Below are positions 45,643 through 54,851 of a stretch of DNA of 64,000 nucleotides, piece after piece; the first letter of the stretch is position 1; each line of letters starts with the position of its first letter. Position numbers and translations under genes: made by a program. Location: positions 1-64,000 of the IMG/VR virus record IMGVR_UViG_3300043672_000039, one strand, 5' to 3'. Below the pieces are notes generated by a model. That model was not told the origin of the DNA. It was given only the letters and a program-made list of their open reading frames with translations, and did not search any database. The DNA comes from a virus. Lineage: Duplodnaviria > Caudoviricetes.

Positions 45643-46835
45643 TCAGAAATTGGAACAGCCTTGAGAAAAGAATACGGCGCTCCCCTTTTAACCGCTTCAG
45701 CGGTGCTCAATTCCTCTTGAAATTGTTCGACCGTGGTTTTCTTCTGCCCGCGCGGGGCTTTGTCTGAGATCGCTTTTTCAACGGCTCCGAACAGCACATC
45801 AAGGGTGCTATTATATTCGTCTTCCGTAAGATAGGCGAGAGCGATGTTTTTAAACTTGTCCTTATCAACTAATTCCCGACGCGATTGAGAAACTATTTTG
45901 TATCCGGCGGGCAACTCCGCGTCGTTGCGCAAAATTCTATCAGTCGTTTGCGAACGAAAAGAATCCGCCCAGACTTTCACCACTTGCGCAAGTCGAAGTC
46001 CGAGCAGAGTTTGTCCCGGGGCCATCACTTCGCAGGGGGTAATACTTTCCGGAATCTCGACCGGATGAAACTTTGCCCCGACTTTGCATACCATGGCACA
46101 TACCTTCGGACAACGCCCAAGATTAGCGCAGAACAAACATACGGGAACCATCGGGTTTGCGGCGGCGAAATCATCCGCGAGTTTCGCTGCCCGGGCTCTG
46201 GCGACGACAGTTTGCACCCGAAGATACAACGCAGGAATTTGATCTCGGGTAAAGGTTGCATCCGAGTTGAGCGGAATCGCTGGTTGACGAAAGAAAAATC
46301 GTATAGACTTCAATCGAGGGAATTTTCGAAAGGCCCCGAGGACGTAGGCGATACATTGCAAATTATTTTCCGCCGGTTCGACACCCCAGATTCCGAATTT
46401 GTAGTCCACCATCTCCGCGTATTCCTCGGTATGATCAATGAGCAGATTATCGACGAAGCCCGCCGTTGTCGAGTCGGTGTCTTCGAATTTACATTCATCC
46501 ACCGCAAGTTCTATTTCCTTAAACTCTTGCGGAGACCGAGGATTCCCCCCCGTCTCGGAAGCCTTTTCCCATGCGATTTCCATCAGCCGTTTTCGACCAT
46601 CGATGAAATCCGCGCACTCTGCGGCAGCAGTGTAATCATCGTCCGATAACGCATGGCTGTCTTCTCTCGTTTCTACAACGCCATGGGCGATTGTCCCCGC
46701 TATCGCGCGGATGTGAGCGGTGTTACGCGATTCGTAGCACGCGCAGGCTTCTCGATTTTGCAGCGTGCTAGGACTGAAAGGATGGTGCTTGCGTTCGATG
46801 GGCCATGTTTCCGGGGGGCGGGTTGCTTCACTCAT
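45639..46835 (-). CDS. PD-(D/E)XK Cas4-like exonuclease (DUF2800-like)
   Basis: FSPS, GTIAH, GFVD...VDYKFG, NLQ..AY, CLFC...CP. Confidence 0.85.
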   Translation of the reverse strand: MSEATRPPETWPIERKHHPFSPSTLQNREACACYESRNTAHIRAIAGTIAHGVVETREDSHALSDDDYTAAAECADFIDGRKRLMEIAWEKASETGGNPRSPQEFKEIELAVDECKFEDTDSTTAGFVDNLLIDHTEEYAEMVDYKFGIWGVEPAENNLQCIAYVLGAFRKFPRLKSIRFFFRQPAIPLNSDATFTRDQIPALYLRVQTVVARARAAKLADDFAAANPMVPVCLFCANLGRCPKVCAMVCKVGAKFHPVEIPESITPCEVMAPGQTLLGLRLAQVVKVWADSFRSQTTDRILRNDAELPAGYKIVSQSRRELVDKDKFKNIALAYLTEDEYNSTLDVLFGAVEKAISDKAPRGQKKTTVEQFQEELSTAEAVKRGAPYSFLKAVPISE

Positions 46836-46917
46836 TAGTAATTGGATGGATCATCCGGGGGTAGGGGTGGCATCAATACGATGACAAGTGTAATGCACAA
46901 AACAAAAAAGGCGTAAC

Positions 46918-47139
46918 TCATGCGATTAGTATCACATCGACCCGGTTGCCATACCCCGGGTCCGGCGTAATTTCTTGCCCGAAGTCTTCGCTATACCGTC
47001 CATCACCTTCATGCATGGCGGTAGTAATTTCCGCCTTCAACGGACGATAAGAATGATCCGGCCCGGAGCAGACAACGATAGAATTCGGCGGAGCCTTCTG
47101 AAGCAGGGCGATTAAATCTTTGGCCTTCAGAGTTTTCAT
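46918..47139 (-). CDS. Hypothetical protein (73 aa)
   Basis: ATG with ATGA overlap. Confidence 0.65.
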   Translation of the reverse strand: MKTLKAKDLIALLQKAPPNSIVVCSGPDHSYRPLKAEITTAMHEGDGRYSEDFGQEITPDPGYGNRVDVILIA

Positions 47140-47357
47140 ACGGAAAATTTCGCGTTGCTACACAGTTCCTTCATTAGCGTGTCCAGTTTGGCCAGCGCGA
47201 GCAACTCGGTCCGGCGGACGTATTGATGTGAGACGCCGAGCTTGGCCGCGACTTCCTCGCAGGACCGAATCGGCACGAGTTGATCCGCAATCTCGCGGCC
47301 ACGTTTGAGTCGGGCCTTGAACGAGGGAGAGGAGTGCGTTACGTTTGAATGAGTCAT
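47136..47357 (-). CDS. Small HTH protein (sigma region-4-like)
   Basis: RSCEEVAAKLGVSHQYVRRTE..AL.KL. Confidence 0.7.
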   Translation of the reverse strand: MTHSNVTHSSPSFKARLKRGREIADQLVPIRSCEEVAAKLGVSHQYVRRTELLALAKLDTLMKELCSNAKFSV

Positions 47358-47587
47358 CGGGCACCCCCAGTCAGCGCGGACGCCGCCGCACATTTGGCCG
47401 TATGGGTTCCTCGATACCAGACCCGCTCAATGGTAGAGAGCAAGGGTCGATCTTTGTCGGCGAGTCTTTTCGAAACCGTTCGCGGAAGCTCAAGCTCGCG
47501 AGAGTCTGCAAGCGATTTCTGTTTTGATATTGCACGTCCATTCATATTTTCAATTTTTAGATTATTCGATTTTTGGTTTTTACACAA
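47354..47587 (-). CDS. Hypothetical protein (77 aa)
   Basis: Coupled ORF; start uncertain. Confidence 0.45.
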   Translation of the reverse strand: MCKNQKSNNLKIENMNGRAISKQKSLADSRELELPRTVSKRLADKDRPLLSTIERVWYRGTHTAKCAAASALTGGAR

Positions 47588-47676
47588 CTAAAGTTTTCAG
47601 AAATCTCCAAGCCCGAAATCAAAGGTGCCCTCAATGTCGAAGCAAGGAGCGAATCGCGGATCACCTTTGGAAAGGC

Positions 47677-47871
47677 TCAGCGTCCCATTACTTGTTTGCG
47701 CATAGCGTCCCGAGCGGGTGCCCCTGTCGGACGCCAGTCCGAGTGCTCGACTGCGTTGAGCAGTCTTTTTTGGGCTTGTGCTTTTGCGGGAGTTGTCGAT
47801 TTGCTTTTGGTTCCGCCGGGCGTGGATACCCGGACCTTTCCGCCTTTGAGTTTTCGCAGAGTTACTGGCAT
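47677..47871 (-). CDS. Small basic protein (64 aa), possible DNA-binding
   Basis: MPVTLRKLKGGKVRV...KAQAQKRLLNAVEH; preceded by promoter motif. Confidence 0.75.
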   Translation of the reverse strand: MPVTLRKLKGGKVRVSTPGGTKSKSTTPAKAQAQKRLLNAVEHSDWRPTGAPARDAMRKQVMGR

Positions 47872-47878
47872 CAAACAT

Positions 47879-47908
47879 AACAGTCACCTTTCCATTCTCC
47901 GGTGTCAA
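47879..47908 (-). promoter_or_regulatory. TTGACA-N15-GTGACTGTT promoter motif
   Basis: 7 nt upstream of ATG 47871. Confidence 0.7.
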
Positions 47909-47965
47909 TTTCATACTTCATCACCTTTCCCCGCCACGAAAAAGTAGCTCCACGGGAATAAAATT

Positions 47966-48277
47966 TCAGATCGCGACCCTGTCCCATCGTTCCGGATAAT
48001 ATCGGCCCCAATACCAGTCGGCTATGGTGTCGAGCGTGCCGTAACAGTGCCCGCGATGGACCTGACCGTAAGCTTTGATCCCGAAGATTTCGCCGGTCGC
48101 GTTGTCCACCATGAATTTCCCGGAAGTTCCCCGGTCAACTTTGGTGAATTTCCGCCCCGGGCGGATGTGAGATTTGGTGTTGATTTGATTCGCTTCGCAG
48201 TTCACGTCCGAGAGGACGAGTTGCGCGAGCCCATGGCGTTCGACGAGATCGGCGAAGGCTTGAAGTTTTTCTTTCAT
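47966..48277 (-). CDS. Hypothetical early protein (103 aa)
   Basis: Own sigma70 promoter 6 nt upstream of ATG. Confidence 0.75.
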   Translation of the reverse strand: MKEKLQAFADLVERHGLAQLVLSDVNCEANQINTKSHIRPGRKFTKVDRGTSGKFMVDNATGEIFGIKAYGQVHRGHCYGTLDTIADWYWGRYYPERWDRVAI

Positions 48278-48283
48278 ATTGGT

Positions 48284-48311
48284 AAGATAGCAGAACGGCG
48301 TCGGTTGTCAA
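48284..48311 (-). promoter_or_regulatory. Sigma70 promoter TTGACA-N16-TATCTT, leaderless
   Basis: -10 element 6 nt from ATG 48277. Confidence 0.7.
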
Positions 48312-48700
48312 ATCGATTTTACGGAATCGTTCATTTCTTGCGCATAATCCGCGATGTTGGCGGCGTCCCATCCCGCGAGCCATGCCATCATGTTCCGCTC
48401 GTTACGAGGAAAAACCTCCGGCATGTGCGCAATCGTCACGCGGGGCAGGCCAGCGCCCCATGCGGCGGCACCGGCTTGAGTCGCCCGGACCATTACGCGG
48501 TTCCCGGCGAGCATCGAGACGAATCGAATACCGGCTTCCGAAAGCTGCACTAGCGCGGTATCAGAGCACCCGTCAAGCAGGGTGGAAAGCTCCTCATGTT
48601 TCGAGACGGGAAAAGTGGTAAACTGCGAGAAGGCTTCGCGCAGCGCGTTCGTTTGCGCTTTCGAGAAGGTCGCCTCTTTGGTCATCGGTAGTAATTTCAT
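48308..48700 (-). CDS. Hypothetical early protein (130 aa)
   Basis: Own sigma70 promoter 6 nt upstream of ATG. Confidence 0.75.
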   Translation of the reverse strand: MKLLPMTKEATFSKAQTNALREAFSQFTTFPVSKHEELSTLLDGCSDTALVQLSEAGIRFVSMLAGNRVMVRATQAGAAAWGAGLPRVTIAHMPEVFPRNERNMMAWLAGWDAANIADYAQEMNDSVKSI

Positions 48701-48706
48701 AAGGAG

Positions 48707-48735
48707 AAGATAACGTATCGGCGGTTAGTTGTCAA
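48707..48735 (-). promoter_or_regulatory. Sigma70 promoter TTGACA-N17-TATCTT, leaderless
   Basis: -10 element 6 nt from ATG 48700. Confidence 0.75.
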
Positions 48736-48959
48736 GCCCGGACAGCGGATTCCACCATTTCCTGCGCTATTCGGCATTTGAAACTGTGTCCAAGAAACCG
48801 GGTTTTGTCACCAATGCCGATATGCGCCCGCCATGCGTTAACATCACCGCCCGTGTTATCCGGGCGGTAAATAAAGCCGACTTCGACCCCATTCAGGCGC
48901 ATCACGCGCAGATTGGGCAGACTCCGGCTGACGACTTTGTCCCAAAAAATAGTAATCAT
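48732..48959 (-). CDS. Hypothetical protein (75 aa)
   Basis: ORF in early micro-gene cluster. Confidence 0.6.
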   Translation of the reverse strand: MITIFWDKVVSRSLPNLRVMRLNGVEVGFIYRPDNTGGDVNAWRAHIGIGDKTRFLGHSFKCRIAQEMVESAVRA

Positions 48960-49181
48960 AAAATCAAAGCGCGATGAGGTAGTCCGGCCAGTTCTTCATG
49001 AGTGGACTGGCAATGATTGGGTGCCCATAGTGGTTTTTGCGAATTTTACCCGTAGATGTAAAGTTCGCTTTGGATTTCATGCACGGCGACAATTGTTGCT
49101 CGCGAGATTTGATAACCTCTCACAGCACATAACACATTTCGGAAATTTCACTTTAATTGTTTTCATAATTTTCATGCCCTC

Positions 49182-49210
49182 AAATTAGCATGGCGCTCAA
49201 ACGTTGTCAA
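49182..49210 (-). promoter_or_regulatory. Sigma70 promoter TTGACA-N17-TAATTT, leaderless
   Basis: -10 element 6 nt from ATG 49175 of a 32-aa ORF (MKIMKTIKVKFPKCVMC...). Confidence 0.65.
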
Positions 49211-50652
49211 GGGGCAAAGTGAAGATTTTCCGGGCTGAGATCGGCGTCCGTAAGTGCGTCCAGATTGTCCAGTTTTGGCTTAAGCGCCGTGTAAATTTGG
49301 CTTTCCACGGTCTTAGCGGCGAAAATAACCCTATAAAATGAGCGGGATTTGCCACCGTGACGCGGCAACCGCCCGAATACCTGCCGCATAGTGGTCGCGG
49401 AGAACCCGGGAAACACAAGCCCAACCCGGGGGTGCTCGCCGTCCCTATCATCGAGCGAAACGGAGACCCCGCCCGCCTCGGAATTCAGAATGATATTGGG
49501 CTCCGAATTAGTCTGAAAATTCTCAATATTGACAACGCGGTTTTTCACCCCGTTTGCCGAACCGTCCACGATACAAGTAGTGTTTAAACGCTTGGAAAGC
49601 TCAGCAATTGTTTGAGCGAAATTGACGAAGACCGCGACTGAAAACCCTTTGGCGTTTAAATCCGCAACCAATTCTTCGACCACTGGCACCTTCAGCAATT
49701 CGATTTCCTGCCGAGCCCGGAGGATTTTAGTTAGCGGATGCTCCGGAGATTTGTCGGAGAGTGACGCGGATCGCAGTTGCGCAATCGATTGCGCCATTGA
49801 TTTGTAAAGCTCGTCGATTCGCCCGCCCTTGTGCAAATCATAAAGCTCTGCGGAGATATCGCAACCGGGAAAATCCGGGATGTCTATTTTACGAACCCGG
49901 ATGCCGCGTTCTGGAATGATGGAGGCACGGATTGCGGCCATGACTTCTGCTTGCTTGGCTCGCGATACTGCCCATTTGAATCCACAGCCGGGAATCCGGC
50001 GCACACCGTAACGTCCCATCCATGAGTAGAAATCCCCGAGCTTATGAAGGTCGAGTGCGTAGCCGAGTGCCCGAAGATGCAAAGGTGAAGAAGCCGGAGT
50101 TGCTGATAATCCAAGGATTTTAAGATTTCCTCTTTTAGCTGCGATAAGTAAATCTGCGTTCTGCGAGTTGAGTCCGTTGCTGCGATGGACTTCATCGAAG
50201 ATGACGAATCGAACCCCGGGATGGAAGTTGAACTTCCCGAGCCGGGCGGGTTTTTTTCTCGTTTCGAAACCATGGATTCCCCCGGGATGGCAGTAACACG
50301 GAGGGATAACTTCTCCATCGCTAAATTTACGTTGGCAATTGACGCATTGAAAATACATCTCGCGCGGTTTGGGTGTGCAATCCCAATGACCGAATTGAGA
50401 ACGTCCAGTCCGAAGGGACTCGTAATTGATAACGGACAATGTATCGCCAAAAGCTGACGCGGCTCGATGCCAAGCTGAAATGGAAATAAGGGGGCAGACA
50501 ACGAGGGTCGGAATTCGTAATTGGGATGCGACCCACGCCGCGATATAGGTCTTTCCGATACCACAGTCGGACATATCAAGCGCAGAATTAGTGGCCCTGA
50601 GAATCTCCAATAGTTTTTTCGCCGGAATTTCTTGGTGCGGTCTAAGAGGCAT
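49207..50652 (-). CDS. Superfamily 2 (SNF2/DEAD-like) helicase
   Basis: LRPHQ, GIGKT, DEVH, LSAT, GVSVSL, Q..GRL.R; Cys-rich insertion. Confidence 0.9.
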   Translation of the reverse strand: MPLRPHQEIPAKKLLEILRATNSALDMSDCGIGKTYIAAWVASQLRIPTLVVCPLISISAWHRAASAFGDTLSVINYESLRTGRSQFGHWDCTPKPREMYFQCVNCQRKFSDGEVIPPCYCHPGGIHGFETRKKPARLGKFNFHPGVRFVIFDEVHRSNGLNSQNADLLIAAKRGNLKILGLSATPASSPLHLRALGYALDLHKLGDFYSWMGRYGVRRIPGCGFKWAVSRAKQAEVMAAIRASIIPERGIRVRKIDIPDFPGCDISAELYDLHKGGRIDELYKSMAQSIAQLRSASLSDKSPEHPLTKILRARQEIELLKVPVVEELVADLNAKGFSVAVFVNFAQTIAELSKRLNTTCIVDGSANGVKNRVVNIENFQTNSEPNIILNSEAGGVSVSLDDRDGEHPRVGLVFPGFSATTMRQVFGRLPRHGGKSRSFYRVIFAAKTVESQIYTALKPKLDNLDALTDADLSPENLHFAP

Positions 50653-50692
50653 GGATTCACGGGAAATTTAAACCAGAGTCGTCCTAGGGTAA

Positions 50693-51157
50693 TCACCCTA
50701 CAGGAACCCATATCGGACCAATCAATCGAGGAGAGTAACCGATCATCGACGGCGAGTATTTTTGATGTGAGAGCCCGCGCAGCAAAGGCACGCCAGCAAA
50801 ATCGAAAGCAGCAGCGACAAGATCAGAGCAGAACCATTTTTTCTGCTCCAACGGATTCAATATCGACTTTCCATCGCGCGGCAGAAACCGCAAGCACCCA
50901 ACGAAGTCATACGGTTTCCCGCATTGACTCCCCAAAAAGGCTTGCGCGAGATATTCCTGATGCGGCGTCATCGAAACGTAGAATGCATCTACCCCGCGCC
51001 AGTCGGTTTGTTTTTTGCGATGCACTCCGTAACGCGGCCAAGCTTCGATGACGGATTCATCTTCGAGTTGCACCGCGACGTGAGCATATTTTCCCCACGT
51101 TTGCCAACGGATGAGAGTTGAAATCAGACCGTATCCTCGGAATAAAAGAATTTTCAT
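50693..51157 (-). CDS. Permuted papain-like amidase (NlpC/P60, YiiX/YebB-like)
   Basis: YAHVA (His before Cys), GKPYDF, WFCSDLV. Confidence 0.8.
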   Translation of the reverse strand: MKILLFRGYGLISTLIRWQTWGKYAHVAVQLEDESVIEAWPRYGVHRKKQTDWRGVDAFYVSMTPHQEYLAQAFLGSQCGKPYDFVGCLRFLPRDGKSILNPLEQKKWFCSDLVAAAFDFAGVPLLRGLSHQKYSPSMIGYSPRLIGPIWVPVG

Positions 51158-51161
51158 TATT

Positions 51162-51554
51162 TTAGGTTCCTTGTGGCCAAGGACAAAGCGTGGGCTCCGT
51201 CAACAAATCCGGATAGCGACTCAACGCAGTCTCGCGCACATTGATGTTAAACATCATAGCCGCCGCGTGGTCTTCATCCACAAGCCCGGCCATATAATCC
51301 TTCTGGTGCCGCATGAGCGACCGGCCCGCCCGTTCGTAAGCGGTCCGCGCAGAATCCCGAGTCTCAAAAAATTTCAACCAATTTCGAGCCGCGTATTTTT
51401 TTGCGCCCTTCGTAAGATGCGCGGCCCATCGTTCATACATCACGCCATCGAGAATGAGGGTGTAATCGAGTTTGCCGTCTTCAGTATCGCGAACGCCCGC
51501 CCCAATGCTCGCGCGTTCTCCGGAATCTTTTATCACAAATTTGATATCGTTCAT
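51162..51554 (-). CDS. dATP/dGTP diphosphohydrolase-like protein (DUF5664-like)
   Basis: DSGER..GAGVRD..GK.DYTL, GAKKYAARNW, SLMRH, EDHAAA..FN. Confidence 0.8.
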   Translation of the reverse strand: MNDIKFVIKDSGERASIGAGVRDTEDGKLDYTLILDGVMYERWAAHLTKGAKKYAARNWLKFFETRDSARTAYERAGRSLMRHQKDYMAGLVDEDHAAAMMFNINVRETALSRYPDLLTEPTLCPWPQGT

Positions 51555-51566
51555 TCTGGTAAAAAG

Positions 51567-52010
51567 TTACTCGCCAATACCCATCTTGAGGTATTCAACA
51601 GGAATCCCCATCGACAGGGCGATTTTGATTTCGGCTTGCACACCCACGGATTCTAACCAACCGTCCGCCATGAGCACAACAAGTTTCTCGGAGAGCCGAA
51701 GGTATTCGATATCGACTTTCTTCCAGAATTCCCAATCGCCGCGCATGCCAATTTCGTGCAGCGGGTGCGAGTGCGTGATGGGTGAGAAAACATTGAGCCC
51801 TTCGGACTCCATCAAATACTTCGTTGCCTTGGTCGCGGCGAGGAATCGCGCCTTCCGCACTGAAGCTTTTTTGTGCGAGTAGGGGCAGGCGAGATATGTA
51901 AGCGGATGATAGGCGGCACGCTCGTAGCAAAGACTGCGCATCGCCATCTCGCTATTAATCACTGGAGACGACGCAAGTCGATGGGCCAATTTTTTCTCAA
52001 TTGTGTTCAT
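51567..52010 (-). CDS. Nucleoside 2-deoxyribosyltransferase-like protein (DUF1937-like)
   Basis: YLACPYSH, FSPITHSH, GW.ESVGVQAEI..A..GIPV. Confidence 0.8.
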   Translation of the reverse strand: MNTIEKKLAHRLASSPVINSEMAMRSLCYERAAYHPLTYLACPYSHKKASVRKARFLAATKATKYLMESEGLNVFSPITHSHPLHEIGMRGDWEFWKKVDIEYLRLSEKLVVLMADGWLESVGVQAEIKIALSMGIPVEYLKMGIGE

Positions 52011-52186
52011 CGCACCACGGGGATTTCGCCTTCGGATTCGCCGCCGATTTTCTCGCCGGGCTTGCGCAGTCCTTCGCCGGGCCAATATGGATTCTGCCCG
52101 CCGACCGGGCTCTCCGAAGCAGCCTCGTCCTTCTTCAGGTCGCGGCCTTCGTCACCTTCGAGGATTTTGATTGCATCGTCACTCAT
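52007..52186 (-). CDS. Small acidic protein (59 aa)
   Basis: Translated by hand MSDDAIKILEGDEG...; ATGA overlap. Confidence 0.55.
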   Translation of the reverse strand: MSDDAIKILEGDEGRDLKKDEAASESPVGGQNPYWPGEGLRKPGEKIGGESEGEIPVVR

Positions 52187-52187
52187 A

Positions 52188-52595
52188 TTATTTCAGTTTC
52201 TTTGGATCGAATTTATCGATTTTGATTTCGGCCTTGCACACTTGCATTTTTCCGTTGAGAAAATACTTGTTCCAAACGTCGCCGGTTTCTTCACCCTCAC
52301 CATGGAGGGTGAATAGCACACCCGGAATTTCTTTGGAGAAACTTTTCATATCATCTTCGTGCTCATACCACTTGCACGGATCACATTGGCTACCATCCGG
52401 AAGGACGCCAAAATTATCCTCCCTCGCGGTGATCAAATCGCTTACGAGCTTGTTGAGCGAGATAACTCCTACTGGTGTTCCACAATCCGGGCAAAATTTT
52501 GCAGTGCCCCGAGGAGGATTGTGTTTGCAATTCGGAACATCGACGCGCCCCGGTTGTGCCTGCCATGTCAACTTATATACAGTGTAATATCCCAT
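52188..52595 (-). CDS. Hypothetical protein with Zn ribbon
   Basis: MGYYTVY...FCPDCG...KWYEHEDDMKSFSK..PGVLFTLHGEGEE..DVW. Confidence 0.75.
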   Translation of the reverse strand: MGYYTVYKLTWQAQPGRVDVPNCKHNPPRGTAKFCPDCGTPVGVISLNKLVSDLITAREDNFGVLPDGSQCDPCKWYEHEDDMKSFSKEIPGVLFTLHGEGEETGDVWNKYFLNGKMQVCKAEIKIDKFDPKKLK

Positions 52596-52596
52596 A

Positions 52597-53625
52597 TTAT
52601 TCCATGGATACAGTCTCACAGGCAGCGGCACGTTGCGTCGCACTCGCGGTAACGAAATCGCTGATGCTCCAGAGACGGTTACTGACTGGGGCAGTGCTGT
52701 CCTTCCAAATGCACCGGAGCTTCGGTCCGTTCTTCTGAACGGAGACCACCTTCGTCACATCGTTGTCGAGGGACCCGCTCAGTGGATCAACGGTGCCGCC
52801 GATACCGGGGCGAGCCGTTGAATGCCAGTGCGTAAACCCTTGCGCCCGGATATATTCAAACTCGTGCTTGTTAGTGACGCCGGTAATGACGATGATTCCG
52901 CCGGGCGCGAGATCAGGAATTGCCGCGTTGGCCGCGCTAACACAAGCATCAATCCAGAAACCTTCGTTGCTGCCGAATTTGTGCCAGTTGACGCCGGGAG
53001 GGAGCGCATTCGGCAGAGTCGCGAGAGACTTAATCATCTGAATGAAAATCGCTCGTGCCGGAGTGATGGGAAAAGCCGCAGTGATTTCGCCGGAGCCCCA
53101 AGCCTTGATGGTAGCGATGAACGAATCCGCGCCGGGGTTTGCTTTCACATCGGGAGTCGATGGGAACGCCGAATCTCCAAAAAATCGTTTCGACAATTCG
53201 TAGGCCGGTTGAGTCACATTGAAATTGATCGCGCCGATTGCGGTGATAATATCAACCAGCCCTCGACCGGTCAGTAGCAGCTTGGTCCCAATCCTCGCCA
53301 CAGTCGGCGAACTTGTAGGTGCCGCCGGAACAGGTTCCGGGCGAGGACTGGAAGATTGAGCCGAAGGGAAAGGACTGGCGACGGCAGCGGGCGCGGGGGA
53401 AGCACCTAGCTGCTCGCCGCCAGTTGGAGGCAAAGTTGTGAGTGTCTCGCCATTCTTTCCGGCGGGTCCGTCATACCTCTCCTCTTTCGGCATCTCCGCG
53501 CCGGTGATGAGAGGGTTGTTCAACATGCCGGTGAGTGCGCGAAGTGTCGCGCTATCATTGCTCAGTGCGGACTTGTCGAGCGGACGGACGGGTTTCGAAT
53601 TCAGGCCGAGGTCTTCTTTGTTCAT
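52597..53625 (-). CDS. Hypothetical protein, possible degenerate dNMP-kinase-like
   Basis: KLLLTGR, FG.NEGFWID, IVITGV..HEF.YI..GF.HWH resemble phage dNMP kinases; P-loop degenerate. Confidence 0.45.
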   Translation of the reverse strand: MNKEDLGLNSKPVRPLDKSALSNDSATLRALTGMLNNPLITGAEMPKEERYDGPAGKNGETLTTLPPTGGEQLGASPAPAAVASPFPSAQSSSPRPEPVPAAPTSSPTVARIGTKLLLTGRGLVDIITAIGAINFNVTQPAYELSKRFFGDSAFPSTPDVKANPGADSFIATIKAWGSGEITAAFPITPARAIFIQMIKSLATLPNALPPGVNWHKFGSNEGFWIDACVSAANAAIPDLAPGGIIVITGVTNKHEFEYIRAQGFTHWHSTARPGIGGTVDPLSGSLDNDVTKVVSVQKNGPKLRCIWKDSTAPVSNRLWSISDFVTASATQRAAACETVSME

Positions 53626-54329
53626 AAAGTTGCGAGTGCGGGTGTAGGTTGCTTCGTTTTTCCAGTGAGGAATTTTCCAATGCGGCGAAAGATCGAGTCC
53701 CGGGCCTTTGGCTTCAATTCGGCGACGGTCTCCGGCACGAAAGCTTTGCGCGGCTCCGGGCAGGTGAAAGGAATGTTTCGCTTTTGAAGTTCTGCTTCGA
53801 TTGCGGCCCGGGCGATGTCGAGATTTATTCCGCGCGTAATCAGCATTTGCTGAACCCCTTTCGACCGCGCATCCGTCAGATGCTCAATCCTGCGGAACAC
53901 TCGCAGCGTCCCGGCGCGGCGATAGATAGACCGGCGCAACCATCGCCCTAGCTGGGCCAGTTCAGCAGTCTTCATACGTGCTGCTAGTTTGGTTGCGCCG
54001 GGTTTGCGTGGCACCACAGATACGTAATGGGTCTCGCGGGCCGACTGAAAAGTTTTTCGTTCTCGGTTCGTCATCCGGCCAAGTCCGCCGGAGACGCCGA
54101 GCAATCGCTCGGTCGCGACTTCTTCCGGCATGGTATCCCGGTCGATGTCCTGCGGAGAAATATCCATCGCGGCCTGCAAAGCCTTGTCACAGGTCTCCGC
54201 GTCTTTGATAGCCCGCTCAGTCATCCCCGGATATGCGCCGTCCTCTTGGGCGCGAGCGAAGTGAACGAGCTTGTTCGCCGCTCGCAATTCGTCTTCCCGC
54301 CTCAATATTGTTTTAGTAATCAATTTCAT
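53622..54329 (-). CDS. Hypothetical protein (235 aa)
   Basis: Extended -10 (TGC-TAGAGT) 7 nt upstream of ATG. Confidence 0.7.
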   Translation of the reverse strand: MKLITKTILRREDELRAANKLVHFARAQEDGAYPGMTERAIKDAETCDKALQAAMDISPQDIDRDTMPEEVATERLLGVSGGLGRMTNRERKTFQSARETHYVSVVPRKPGATKLAARMKTAELAQLGRWLRRSIYRRAGTLRVFRRIEHLTDARSKGVQQMLITRGINLDIARAAIEAELQKRNIPFTCPEPRKAFVPETVAELKPKARDSIFRRIGKFLTGKTKQPTPALATL

Positions 54330-54643
54330 TGTGGCAACTCTAGCACAGCATCCTTCGATGACGCAACTAAAAGTTTTAATTCCGGAGCGATTATTTTTTG
54401 ATACTGCGCCTCAATTTCCTCCGCAGTCATGCGCGGATGACGGGTCCGCAAACGTGCCGGGCAGACTGCGGACAGCGGATGATCGAGCCGCCAGTAACCG
54501 TGCAGCACCGCGCGTTTGAGATCGCATGAAAAACGGTAGTTCAGGTCGAGAGCGGCATCGTAAAGCGCCGCGAGTTGAGTCCGCGAAAGCTCGGGATGAG
54601 TCAGGCCGAAAAGTTTACGGAACCAGCGGATCATATTTTTCAT
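54326..54643 (-). CDS. Hypothetical protein (MIRWFRKLFGL...)
   Basis: Coupled ORF. Confidence 0.65.
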   Translation of the reverse strand: MKNMIRWFRKLFGLTHPELSRTQLAALYDAALDLNYRFSCDLKRAVLHGYWRLDHPLSAVCPARLRTRHPRMTAEEIEAQYQKIIAPELKLLVASSKDAVLELPQ

Positions 54644-54851
54644 TTACTTCAATCGCTCGTTGAATCTCGGGGTGATCGAGGGCCGGAAGCTTGCGGTCGA
54701 AATCCGCACAAAACCAAGTGCGAAGTCCTCGCCCGTTCTTCGTGAGCCCGACTTCGAATGGTGACGCCCGAACAACGGAATACCCAAGAGATTCTGCCCG
54801 GAGGATTGCCGAGGGTCGCAGGCCGAAAAGTTTACGGAGCCAGCGGATCAT
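54615..54851 (-). CDS. Hypothetical protein (MIRWLRKLFGL...)
   Basis: Shares N-terminus with neighbour. Confidence 0.65.
   Translation of the reverse strand: MIRWLRKLFGLRPSAILRAESLGYSVVRASPFEVGLTKNGRGLRTWFCADFDRKLPALDHPEIQRAIEVNEKYDPLVP

Noticed and set aside
45639-46835. CRISPR-Cas because of a Cas4-like nuclease
   Set aside because: No repeat-spacer array or other cas genes; typical phage recombination exonuclease
51162-51554. Z-genome (2-aminoadenine) system suggested by the DUF5664-like gene
   Set aside because: No PurZ-like adenylosuccinate synthetase homolog in the window
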